59,241 nt of DNA from a virus (taxonomy: Duplodnaviria > Heunggongvirae > Uroviricota > Caudoviricetes): IMG/VR virus record IMGVR_UViG_3300006149_000003; one strand, written 5' to 3'. Positions 1 to 8,328 of this stretch are shown piece after piece; within the stretch, counting starts at the first letter, position 1; each line of letters opens with the position of its first letter. Made by a program: the position numbers and the translations under genes. Under the pieces are notes generated by a model. That model made no database searches and was not told the DNA's origin. It worked only from the letters and a program-made list of their open reading frames with translations.

Positions 1-1
1 C

Positions 2-208
2 GGGGTAGGTGAGAAAGTAGCAAATTGCGTTATGCTCTTCGGCCTACACCGTATGGACAGCTACCCCAGAGATGTATGGATCAATCGGTTGATTGACGAC
101 ATTTATCATGGTGACTTTGACCCCAGTAAGTACGCTGGATATGCTGGATATGTTCAGCAGATTCAATTCTTCCATTACCGGCAGATTGCAAAGGGGGTGG
201 AGGCGTGA
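2..208 (+). CDS. ogg: 3' end (partial) of 8-oxoguanine DNA glycosylase, HhH-GPD family
   Basis: Frame 2 is open from the window edge and reads GVGEKVANCVMLFGLHRMDSYPRDVWINR...YAGYVQQIQFFHYR*. It has the HhH GVGxKVA lysine and a P-x-D-V-W catalytic Asp. Stop overlaps the next start (GTGA). Absent from the ORF track because it has no start codon. Confidence 0.8.
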   Translation, partial: GVGEKVANCVMLFGLHRMDSYPRDVWINRLIDDIYHGDFDPSKYAGYAGYVQQIQFFHYRQIAKGVEA

Positions 209-1425
209 CGGTTAAAGTGTGCGATATGATTATGGGAGCTGGCAAGACCGAGAGCGCGATTACCCTAATGAACAGTGACGAGGAGAGCCGATATATCTTC
301 ATTACTCCATATCTGGATGAGGTGGAGCGTATCAAACGGAGCTGTGCCGTGCGGGATTTCAAAGATCCGCAGAACAAAGGGAACCGGAAGCTGGGGGATT
401 TACACCGGCTGTTGGCGGAGAGGTGCAATATTGCCAGCACTCACTCTCTGTTTGAGATGTATACCACTGAGACAATTTCACTCATTCGGGACGGAGGGTA
501 TAAACTCATTCTGGATGAGGTGTTCCAGGTGGCGCAAAACCTTGAAATATCCCAAAAAGACTTGAAAATGCTTCGCACTGAGATGATTGAGGTGGACGAT
601 GACTGCCGAGTGCGGTGGGTCAAAGAAGATTACGAGGGCCGTTTTGAAGACTTGCGGGATATGTGTATGACTGGCAATGTCATTCTCTACAAAGAGTGCC
701 TGATGCTTTGGCTGTATCCTATCGAAGTTTTTCACGCTTTTCAGGATGTTATTATTTTGACCTATATGTTCGACGCTCAAATGCAAAAATACTACTTCGA
801 CATGGCGGGAATCGAGGTTCAGAAAATCGGGACGGTGTATGAGCGTGGTGAGTACCATTTTACGGACTATGTGCATATGCCAGAGTATGTGAAGACTTTG
901 CATGAAAAAATCCACATCTTAGAGGACACAAAGCTGAATAAGATTGGAGATCAGTATGCAAGTCTGTCTTCCTCGTGGTATGATCGGGCGCGAAAAGCAA
1001 AAGGTCAACCTCAGCTTCGCCAGATGAGAAACAATCTTGTAAACGTGTTCACGAATCGGTTTGGCTCTTCGACCGGACAAAATCTATGGACTACTTTCAA
1101 AAACTATCAGGACATCTTGAAAGGTAAGGGTTATACCAAAGGATTTCTCTCGTACAACATCCGAGCGACAAACATATATCGTGGTAGGGATCATCTGGCC
1201 TACTGCGTCAATGTGTTCTATAACCCCCTGATGAAGAATTACTTTATGGATCATGGCGTAGAAGTGAAAGAGAATGAGTATGCTTTGGGCGAAATGATTC
1301 AGTGGATTTGGCGGTCTGCAATTCGTGACGGGAAAGAAATCTGGATTTATGTTCCTAGCCGGCGTATGCGAGAACTACTGAAGCAGTGGTTGATTGATCT
1401 TTCTTCCTCCGATAACGACGAATAA
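205..1425 (+). CDS. DEAD/DEAH-like P-loop helicase (SPbeta YonV-like by size and position)
   Basis: 406 aa; Walker A IMGAGKT, Walker B ILDEV; RBS GGAGG upstream of GTG. Confidence 0.7.
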   Translation: MTVKVCDMIMGAGKTESAITLMNSDEESRYIFITPYLDEVERIKRSCAVRDFKDPQNKGNRKLGDLHRLLAERCNIASTHSLFEMYTTETISLIRDGGYKLILDEVFQVAQNLEISQKDLKMLRTEMIEVDDDCRVRWVKEDYEGRFEDLRDMCMTGNVILYKECLMLWLYPIEVFHAFQDVIILTYMFDAQMQKYYFDMAGIEVQKIGTVYERGEYHFTDYVHMPEYVKTLHEKIHILEDTKLNKIGDQYASLSSSWYDRARKAKGQPQLRQMRNNLVNVFTNRFGSSTGQNLWTTFKNYQDILKGKGYTKGFLSYNIRATNIYRGRDHLAYCVNVFYNPLMKNYFMDHGVEVKENEYALGEMIQWIWRSAIRDGKEIWIYVPSRRMRELLKQWLIDLSSSDNDE

Positions 1426-1443
1426 AATCAAGGCGGTGAAGTT

Positions 1444-1776
1444 ATGGAAGACATCAAAGAAACTGCATGGGATCATATTTACGGAGAAAAGACAGCTACC
1501 TTTTCTACATCTGAAAAGAAGTGGATTAGGGAGATTCAACGATTACATGAAGAATATCCGGGCGAAGTGGATATTCGGCACGTAAACAATGACGGGAGTA
1601 TTTTGGTTCAACTCCCGGCTGACTGGTTTAGAATCAGGCCGAAGAAGAAAAGCAATCTATCGGCGGAGCAAATTGCGGCGTCAAAGGCAAGACTTGAATT
1701 AGCGAGACAGAAGCGTTTGGAGGATTTAAGGAAAGCTGACGCAGCGGTGGAGACAACGGAAGGAGGTAGCAAATGA
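1444..1776 (+). CDS. Hypothetical phage protein, 110 aa
   Basis: ORF in operon context; stop overlaps next start. Confidence 0.75.
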   Translation: MEDIKETAWDHIYGEKTATFSTSEKKWIREIQRLHEEYPGEVDIRHVNNDGSILVQLPADWFRIRPKKKSNLSAEQIAASKARLELARQKRLEDLRKADAAVETTEGGSK

Positions 1777-1973
1777 ACACCGCTAATCAAGAATGTATCT
1801 GGAAAGATCAGTGTGGCGGTGAGTGTCCTGGGTACTGCTCGGACTATACACCGGCTGACGAATCAGAGGAGAACGAGAATTATTATTCCCGCATCTTGAA
1901 AGAGAATGCGGAGGAGTATCAAAAGATGATCAACGATTATTCTGACGGGGAGGTTGATGTCAGTGAATCGTGA
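1773..1973 (+). CDS. Small Cys-containing acidic hypothetical protein, 66 aa
   Basis: RBS GGAGG; ATGA overlap with previous gene. Confidence 0.6.
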   Translation: MNTANQECIWKDQCGGECPGYCSDYTPADESEENENYYSRILKENAEEYQKMINDYSDGEVDVSES

Positions 1974-2301
1974 ACAACGTAGAGCGTTTCAAAAGAAACA
2001 CAAAAAGAGCGTGCGGGAGCACGCGGCGGATAAACTCAACAAGCTCTCTCAGGAGATTGAGAACCCATTGCATGAAGGTGATTTGGTTAAATTGGATGTT
2101 GACCGTATCACCAAGCGTGAGGACTATGCCCAAACGACAGAGGAGTATCAGGCTTTTGTTGAGTCCAGTAGGGATAAGGTATTCACTGTTCGCTTATATC
2201 GGAAGCGGGAGGATGGATTTTCCGCAATCATTGAACTGGTGGAGGAACCCAAGTGGCTATTCTGGTACGGTGATTTGGTTCGGATAAAGAATGGAGGGTA
2301 G
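1957..2301 (+). CDS. Hypothetical protein, ~114 aa
   Basis: RBS GGAGG; overlaps neighbouring genes. Confidence 0.7.
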   Translation: MSVNREQRRAFQKKHKKSVREHAADKLNKLSQEIENPLHEGDLVKLDVDRITKREDYAQTTEEYQAFVESSRDKVFTVRLYRKREDGFSAIIELVEEPKWLFWYGDLVRIKNGG

Positions 2302-5125
2302 ACCTATCAATAATTCAGTGTACATCGTGTCTGCGGACGCAAAGGATTTGTTTTTGTCCAACTATTCCAATGATTGTTGTACGGAATATACCGTGAGGTA
2401 TAGTAGCGGAGACAATCGTGGTGAATTTAATACGAAACGGTTTGTGAATACGCTGGATTACAGTCTGGATCTTATTAAAATGCGTGAGGTCTTTGAGAAA
2501 ATCTACCGTAGAATGGACTTTACTTTCTTCAAACGAGGCAAAGAATATTGCCGTCGAGTCATCAATGTAACGTTTAAGTACAGTGTCAAGGAGTTTAACC
2601 GTTTTTTCGATAAAACCTATATCAAATACGGTTATCTCCCGTCTGATGTAGAGTTGGTAGACAATATCTGCATAAAGGACGGAGAATTGATCGCTGTTCG
2701 AGTAGATAACCCAGTGGATCAGCCTGTGGAGTCTTCAGTCTTGGGGAATCTGTTTGTGTTTGAGGACGGTGTTTACAAGCTGGGAAAAAGTATGAAAGTT
2801 GTCTTTACCGCTGCCCAGTTACGGAGTCGGTTGTACCATGATGGCTTTGTGTGTGACGGTATTCGTTTTCGGAGGTTTAAGCGTTCTGCTGGCAGCGGTC
2901 GGGTTGGCAAGTGCCTCTTTATTGATGAACGGCTTTATCCTCGTATGCACAAATGGGAGCAGTGCGGTTTACACATCCGAGATGGGCAAGACCTTGACCT
3001 GGCCGGATTTGAGGCTTACATTGCTCTGACGTTGAGCAGTATCATTGGTACAATTCCACTTCGTCCCGAAAACTTCCTGGTGATTGACGATTATACCAGT
3101 AAGTTCAAAGATCGAGTAATCGCCACCAGAGTTGGGGATGATGGGTGGCTATCATCTCAGCCAGAAGATGTTGAAGTTGAGAATAGCATCTGGGATGGAC
3201 AGTCTTTGATAGACAAGAGTGCAATGGCAGAGTATGGTGAACACGGAATGATCCTGCTCCGCAACCGCTTCTTCAAGTCGGCTTGCTTCAACTGCAATAT
3301 TCAGGAGTTTTTTGCTGCTCAAGGAATCACAGAGGTGTCCCAGCTAAACGGGTTTACTCTCGCAAATTCGATTAGTGACATCAAAATCATCACGACGCCA
3401 AGCAGCATCAAGTATGTAAAGTTTGGCCCGTTGGAAACGTGGCTGAGGCTCTTAGAAGATGACGGTGATTTTGGTGTGGTGAAATATGAGAAGCCTACGG
3501 ACTTCTTTGATGGACGTATGGTTCAGATTCATTACCAGCTGCTGAATACTTTGCAGATGACGCAACAGGAAGTAGATTTGTTGGTGAAACCGTCGTTGGA
3601 CTATCTGAGAATGATTCAGAATGACCCGGCAGTATTGCGGTATCATATCCGTTATTCTGGTGTTGATAAGCCGATTAACGCAGCACCAACCACAAATGAT
3701 ATCGTCTATCAGATGTTAGGGGTTACAGATAAATTTGCAAATACCCGTCTGTATGAAGACTTCAAGCACGACATAAGCAAAGCGTTCAAAAAGGACATTC
3801 GCAGAGGTCATATTTTGGTTGACGGCAATTACTCTACTTTGCTGGGTAATCCGATGGAAATGCTGTATGCGGCTATTGGGTCGTTTGATGGCACAAGCCA
3901 AATTGGAGCTGGCAATATTTATAGCAAGCGCTTTCGCTTCAATCAGACCATTCTTGGCTCCCGCAGTCCTCATGTAACAATGGGGAATATTCTGTTGACA
4001 AAAAACCGTGAAAATTCAGAAATTGAGCGTTTTTTCAATCTCACTAAAGAAGTCGTGTGTGTCAACAGTATTGAGGAGAATATCTTATTCCGTTTATCCG
4101 GTGCTGATTTTGACTCGGATACTATGCTTTTAACTGACAATCCCATCCTAATTGGTGCCGCAGAGAGGAATTATAATCGCTTCTTGGTTCCTACAAGTCT
4201 GGTTGACGCCAAGAAGATTGTGCGGCATTACACTCGTGCGGATCAGTCCGATTTGGACATCAAAACATCGGTCAACAAGATTGGTGAGATTGTAAATCTC
4301 TCGCAAGAGCTGAATACTAAACTATGGGATGCACTGAACAGCGGCGCAGACTTCTCCGAGGTGGAGGAGCTTTACTGTGAAATTGCCCAGTTGGATGTGC
4401 TTTCTAACATCGAAATCGACAAAGCCAAACGGGAATACGCCGTAGATAGTGTAGCGGAGATTAAAAGGCTGAGAAAGAAGCACGAGGCACGAGATGATGA
4501 TGGTAGGCAAATCAAACCCAACTTTTTCGGAAAGATTGCCCGTATGAAAGGGTATTATGACAGTGATCGGAAGAATTACAAATTCCACGATACTACGATG
4601 GACTACCTACAGCACAGTCTGAATACTTTCCGTGTCAATCATGTTCATCGTGATTATGTGCCGTTTTCTGCATTGCTGATGCCCAAAGATGAATATTCCG
4701 CTCGTTCTGTCAAATATCCGCAGGTAGACCGTATCCTGGAGTTTGTGCGTGATATGAGATCCAAGATTCAAATGATTTGGAACGGTACAGACGACGATCT
4801 GGATAACTACGGTAAGGCGATTCTGGTAAACGAGGTTAGACAGGAATACCTGAGCTACATTGAAAAGCTCAAACTAAATCGTCATACGGCATACCGCTTA
4901 CTATTGGCAATCGAAGATCCAGCCAACAAGGAAATTTCAAGGACTCTTTTCTATGCGCTATTTTCTTTGCCCAATCAGGACTTCTTGAATTTGATCGAGC
5001 AAAGCCGGACACCAATCCCGTTGCTGGTAGAAGATGAAAATATCGCAGGAAGTATCGAAATCTATGACTTCCGATTCCGCAGAGAGATGGTGATTCCGGC
5101 GAATTTGGCCGACTGTATTCGTTGA
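2291..5125 (+). CDS. Single-subunit two-barrel RNA polymerase (YonO / eukaryotic RdRP-related), probable late-gene RNAP
   Basis: 944 aa; motifs FKRSAGSGRVG, WDGQSL, RSPH and GADFDSD (DxDxD at 4106-4120); lies just upstream of the late genes as yonO does in SPbeta. Confidence 0.85.
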   Translation: MEGRPINNSVYIVSADAKDLFLSNYSNDCCTEYTVRYSSGDNRGEFNTKRFVNTLDYSLDLIKMREVFEKIYRRMDFTFFKRGKEYCRRVINVTFKYSVKEFNRFFDKTYIKYGYLPSDVELVDNICIKDGELIAVRVDNPVDQPVESSVLGNLFVFEDGVYKLGKSMKVVFTAAQLRSRLYHDGFVCDGIRFRRFKRSAGSGRVGKCLFIDERLYPRMHKWEQCGLHIRDGQDLDLAGFEAYIALTLSSIIGTIPLRPENFLVIDDYTSKFKDRVIATRVGDDGWLSSQPEDVEVENSIWDGQSLIDKSAMAEYGEHGMILLRNRFFKSACFNCNIQEFFAAQGITEVSQLNGFTLANSISDIKIITTPSSIKYVKFGPLETWLRLLEDDGDFGVVKYEKPTDFFDGRMVQIHYQLLNTLQMTQQEVDLLVKPSLDYLRMIQNDPAVLRYHIRYSGVDKPINAAPTTNDIVYQMLGVTDKFANTRLYEDFKHDISKAFKKDIRRGHILVDGNYSTLLGNPMEMLYAAIGSFDGTSQIGAGNIYSKRFRFNQTILGSRSPHVTMGNILLTKNRENSEIERFFNLTKEVVCVNSIEENILFRLSGADFDSDTMLLTDNPILIGAAERNYNRFLVPTSLVDAKKIVRHYTRADQSDLDIKTSVNKIGEIVNLSQELNTKLWDALNSGADFSEVEELYCEIAQLDVLSNIEIDKAKREYAVDSVAEIKRLRKKHEARDDDGRQIKPNFFGKIARMKGYYDSDRKNYKFHDTTMDYLQHSLNTFRVNHVHRDYVPFSALLMPKDEYSARSVKYPQVDRILEFVRDMRSKIQMIWNGTDDDLDNYGKAILVNEVRQEYLSYIEKLKLNRHTAYRLLLAIEDPANKEISRTLFYALFSLPNQDFLNLIEQSRTPIPLLVEDENIAGSIEIYDFRFRREMVIPANLADCIR

Positions 5126-5173
5126 AAAAGCACAAATCCGGGTGTGAATTATTGCTTTTTGGTAGAAAAATTC

Positions 5174-5240
5174 TAATTTGACCACACCTAACCGCCGAGG
5201 TTGCTCGGCGGTTAGGAATAGCATTTTTGTGGTCAAATTA
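5174..5240. promoter_or_regulatory. Nested inverted repeat after the RNAP gene (terminator or late-control element)
   Basis: 13 bp perfect stem 5187-5199/5204-5216 inside a 12 bp perfect IR 5174-5185/5229-5240. Confidence 0.6.
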
Positions 5241-5302
5241 TGAAGGGGAAGTAACGAACAAAATCAAGCCCCTCGAATCTATATGAAAAGGATGAGTTTT
5301 TC

Positions 5303-5539
5303 GTGATTTCGATTACCAAGCAAGAGAAAGACCTACTGGTCAAACTGTTCCCGCATTATAAATTTCCCCGTACCATGAAGCAAGATTCCAAACGGCATCA
5401 CTATTTCTGTACGGAGAGCGAGGAGCTGATGCGTCCGATTGCCGACAGTAATTCTGCGGCTGCAGAAAGGGTGAAGGAGTTTGACCGCCAACGTGCGCTA
5501 CGGGATGCGCGAAGAAAAAGCCAGAGTGGTGAGTGTTGA
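5303..5539 (+). CDS. Small basic hypothetical protein, 78 aa
   Basis: RBS AAGGA, GTG start; stop overlaps next ATG. Confidence 0.7.
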   Translation: MISITKQEKDLLVKLFPHYKFPRTMKQDSKRHHYFCTESEELMRPIADSNSAAAERVKEFDRQRALRDARRKSQSGEC

Positions 5540-5733
5540 TGGCCTTTCAGGAGCAAAGAGAACAATATACAAATGTCACAATCGACTGTTCTGACGGAAC
5601 CTTGACGGAATTTCACAGGGATAAAGTAAACACCTACAGCATAGAGGAAATTCTAAAACGGTGGAGTGGAGTACCCAATATTACACTAATAATTGAGCGA
5701 CAGATAGAATTGCCGCCGACAGAAGAGAGGTGA
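5539..5733 (+). CDS. YonK-like protein
   Basis: 64 aa; pattern TYSIEEILKRWSG..ITLIIE resembles SPbeta YonK; same position ahead of the phosphoesterase. Confidence 0.6.
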   Translation: MAFQEQREQYTNVTIDCSDGTLTEFHRDKVNTYSIEEILKRWSGVPNITLIIERQIELPPTEER

Positions 5734-6968
5734 AACAATTCGTGAACCCTAAGTACGAGCAAAAAGATGGTGAAGATCTTTACGAGTATGGGCTTCGTCT
5801 GATTGAAATTAAGATGGAGCAGAAACCGGACGACCTGGACTGGGAAGATATCGTAGAGGCGACTCAGCTGGACTGTCATCGGGATAGTCTGAGGAAAGCG
5901 GCGTCTGTTACGCCATACTCTGGCTATGCCGTCGCCCAACACTTTAAGCGAAAGTATGCAGCGGTAGACCGACCGGATAAAGAGCAATATCTGGGAGAGC
6001 TTGATATCAAAATTGCTGAAGCCAGAAAAGAATCTAAACGGCTCTTTGATCAGCGGCGTGAGTTTAACAAGCTGGTTGACCGCATTGGACGGACTGAAAA
6101 TCTGGAAGACCGTCTTGTGGAGGCGGCTGCGGCATTGAACGAGTCTACGCCTCTGAATATAGACAAATCTTCCGTTTACGCCTATGGTGATAACGAAGCG
6201 GTTATTGTGTTTGCGGATTGGCACTATGGTATGGTGACAGATAACATCTGGGAGCGTTATAATACCGAAGTGTGCCGCTGTCGTGTGGAACGGTTGGTGG
6301 AAACGGCAATCGAACGGATCAGACTGCATCGCTGTCGGAGGCTTCATATCCTTCTGCTGGGGGATATGGCCCACGGTGCGATTCACACCAGTGCCCGTGT
6401 TGCCTCTGAAGAGTTGGTGTGCGATCAGGTGATGCAGGTGTCGGAAATTATTGCCCAAGCAGTGGCTGCTCTGGCAGATGTAGTTGACGAAACGGTGGTA
6501 CACGCAACCTACGGAAATCATTTGCGCACCGTCCAGAATAAACAAGACAGCATTCACGCGGATAACATGGAGCGTCTGATTCCTTGGTGGCTGGAACAAC
6601 GACTGGGTGATAGGGGCGACATTCAATTTCCCCAAGCTGAGTATTACGAATTTCTATACTTTAATGTGTGTGGTTATCAGATTTGCGCCACTCACGGCGA
6701 CCTTGACAGTGTGAAGAACGCCGGCAGGACGTTGAACACTCTGTTTGTGAAGAAATATGGCTCTGGAATTGATTATGTTATCCTTGCTGATAAGCACCAC
6801 AAAGAGGAATTTGAGGAATTGGGCATTGAGAGCATGATCGTAAGGTGCCTTTGCGGAACTGACGAGTATGCGAACGGGAAGCGGTTATATTCCACTCCGG
6901 GTCAACTGATGATGGTGTTTACGCCTGGGATTGGCGCTGACGCATATTATCAGATCAAACTGAACTGA
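5730..6968 (+). CDS. Calcineurin-like metallophosphoesterase (YonJ-like)
   Basis: 412 aa; motifs ADWHYG, LGDMAHG, YGNH, THGD, ADKHH. Confidence 0.8.
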   Translation: MKQFVNPKYEQKDGEDLYEYGLRLIEIKMEQKPDDLDWEDIVEATQLDCHRDSLRKAASVTPYSGYAVAQHFKRKYAAVDRPDKEQYLGELDIKIAEARKESKRLFDQRREFNKLVDRIGRTENLEDRLVEAAAALNESTPLNIDKSSVYAYGDNEAVIVFADWHYGMVTDNIWERYNTEVCRCRVERLVETAIERIRLHRCRRLHILLLGDMAHGAIHTSARVASEELVCDQVMQVSEIIAQAVAALADVVDETVVHATYGNHLRTVQNKQDSIHADNMERLIPWWLEQRLGDRGDIQFPQAEYYEFLYFNVCGYQICATHGDLDSVKNAGRTLNTLFVKKYGSGIDYVILADKHHKEEFEELGIESMIVRCLCGTDEYANGKRLYSTPGQLMMVFTPGIGADAYYQIKLN

Positions 6969-6979
6969 GGAGTGATCAT

Positions 6980-7297
6980 GTGCTCAAAAACGATCTTGTA
7001 GTTGCCTTGTCCGAGATGGACTATTACAAAAATCAGGCTGGTGCTGTAATCAACGATGTGTTCCATGTCATTGCAGAGGCGTTGGCTCATGGCGAGAAAG
7101 TAACAATTCGGGGATTTGGGACATTTGAGGTGAAGACAAGGAAAGGATGTCTTGTGCGAGACATCCATACCAAAAAGCAAAGACAAATGGACGATTATCG
7201 GGTGGTTGTGTTCCGTCCTGGTGATAATTTGAAAGAGGCTGTAAAGGCTAACGACCCTGGGAAACTCCGCTTGTTGAGCAGAGCAGAAAAAAATTGA
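6980..7297 (+). CDS. hup: HU-family DNA-binding protein
   Basis: 105 aa; signature VTIRGFGTFEVKTRKG...VVVFRPG..LKEAV. Confidence 0.9.
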   Translation: MLKNDLVVALSEMDYYKNQAGAVINDVFHVIAEALAHGEKVTIRGFGTFEVKTRKGCLVRDIHTKKQRQMDDYRVVVFRPGDNLKEAVKANDPGKLRLLSRAEKN

Positions 7298-7301
7298 AAA
7301 A

Positions 7302-7369
7302 ATTTTGTTCGCCGCTATTGACATCTGGTTCAGAGCGTGCTATACTATAACCATAGCGGCGAACAAAAT
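7302..7369. repeat. Perfect 17 bp inverted repeats bracketing a promoter
   Basis: ATTTTGTTCGCCGCTAT (7302-7318) and ATAGCGGCGAACAAAAT (7353-7369). Confidence 0.95.
7318..7346 (+). promoter_or_regulatory. Near-consensus sigma-A promoter driving the RNA operon
   Basis: TTGACA (7318-7323), 17 nt spacer, TATACT (7341-7346). Confidence 0.85.
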
Positions 7370-7372
7370 CAA

Positions 7373-7387
7373 TGTTCCTTGAAAATT
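7373..7387 (+). promoter_or_regulatory. boxA-like antitermination element
   Basis: TGTTCCTTGAAAATT resembles Firmicute rRNA-leader boxA; lies just after the predicted +1 of a long untranslated operon. Confidence 0.45.
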
Positions 7388-8013
7388 TAATCTTTGCATC
7401 ATGCTTATTACTAACTCGGTGAACAAAGTGTGTCAGCACTCCGAGGCGTATGGTATTTTCGGTTTGACTTGGCGATTGTCTATGGACATCGTAGCATAGG
7501 GATACCTTTCAAGTGAGGCCGCTACTGTACAGTGATGTACGGTGGGGAGGCGGAAACCGCCAACAGAAACATATGTCGCCAAGAGTTATCGCTTCATAAC
7601 GCACAGAACTTTCGGGCGCAACAATAGACGCTCCTGTGGAGAATAAGCCTTGCAGTAGCTCGGTGTGGTAGCCGAGAGATACGGAGGTAAAACCAACAAT
7701 GCGCTCCTGTCTTGATGTCGGAGAAATCCGGCTATAACGAAAGTCACTGGTTAGAGTAGCCGTAGGACAGATTGCAAAATCTTTTGAAGAAATTACTATA
7801 AAAGTAAGTATTTAATTCAAAACTTTTCTGAACGAACGGTGAAATTTGTGAGTAAACAGGCTCACGTAGGAGGTGGCGCTATGGCGCTGGGGCAAGAAGT
7901 TAGGGGTCGCTCCCCGAAGCTCAGACTTGTCTCCCTGGTGGCGGAACAATGAAGAAGATTATGGAGGTAGGGCGAAGGCCCAGTGGTGAGTATGATGGAA
8001 AGATTAAATTTTC
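7381..8013 (+). ncRNA. Large structured ncRNA, ROOL-like
   Basis: 7381-7412 pairs with 7982-8013 over 32 positions (one G.G mismatch, four G.U pairs). No long ORF; many internal hairpins; ~630 nt; next to phage tRNAs. Family assignment is from recalled motifs only. Confidence 0.7.
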
Positions 8014-8039
8014 CTTAGAAACAAACAAAATCAATGTAT

Positions 8040-8115
8040 GGGGTTGTAGCTCAGTTGGGAGAGCGCCTGTTTTGCAAGCAGGAGGTCGGGAGTTCGATCC
8101 TCCCTAATTCCACCA
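8040..8115 (+). tRNA. tRNA-Ala(UGC)
   Basis: Cloverleaf; loop TTTGCAA; G3.U70; CCA encoded. Confidence 0.92.
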
Positions 8116-8229
8116 GCAAGATATGTTGGTTATGCTGACGCTTGTGTGGTTCAGTTCATTACTTAACTACTATTCCTGTCAGAAACCTATCGGTCATGAA
8201 CGAGGTTCTTCGGACGCATATCGCTAAAT

Positions 8230-8305
8230 CGGGATATAGCTCAGTTGGTAGAGCACACGACTGATAATCGTGCGGTCAGAAGTTCAATTCTTCTCGTCCC
8301 GACCA
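8230..8305 (+). tRNA. tRNA-Ile(GAU)
   Basis: Cloverleaf; loop CTGATAA; CCA. Confidence 0.92.
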
Positions 8306-8328
8306 TAGGTACTTTGACAATTCTATAT

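Noticed and set aside
5634-6635. 333 aa minus-strand ORF
   Set aside because: Antisense shadow of the metallophosphoesterase; no motifs
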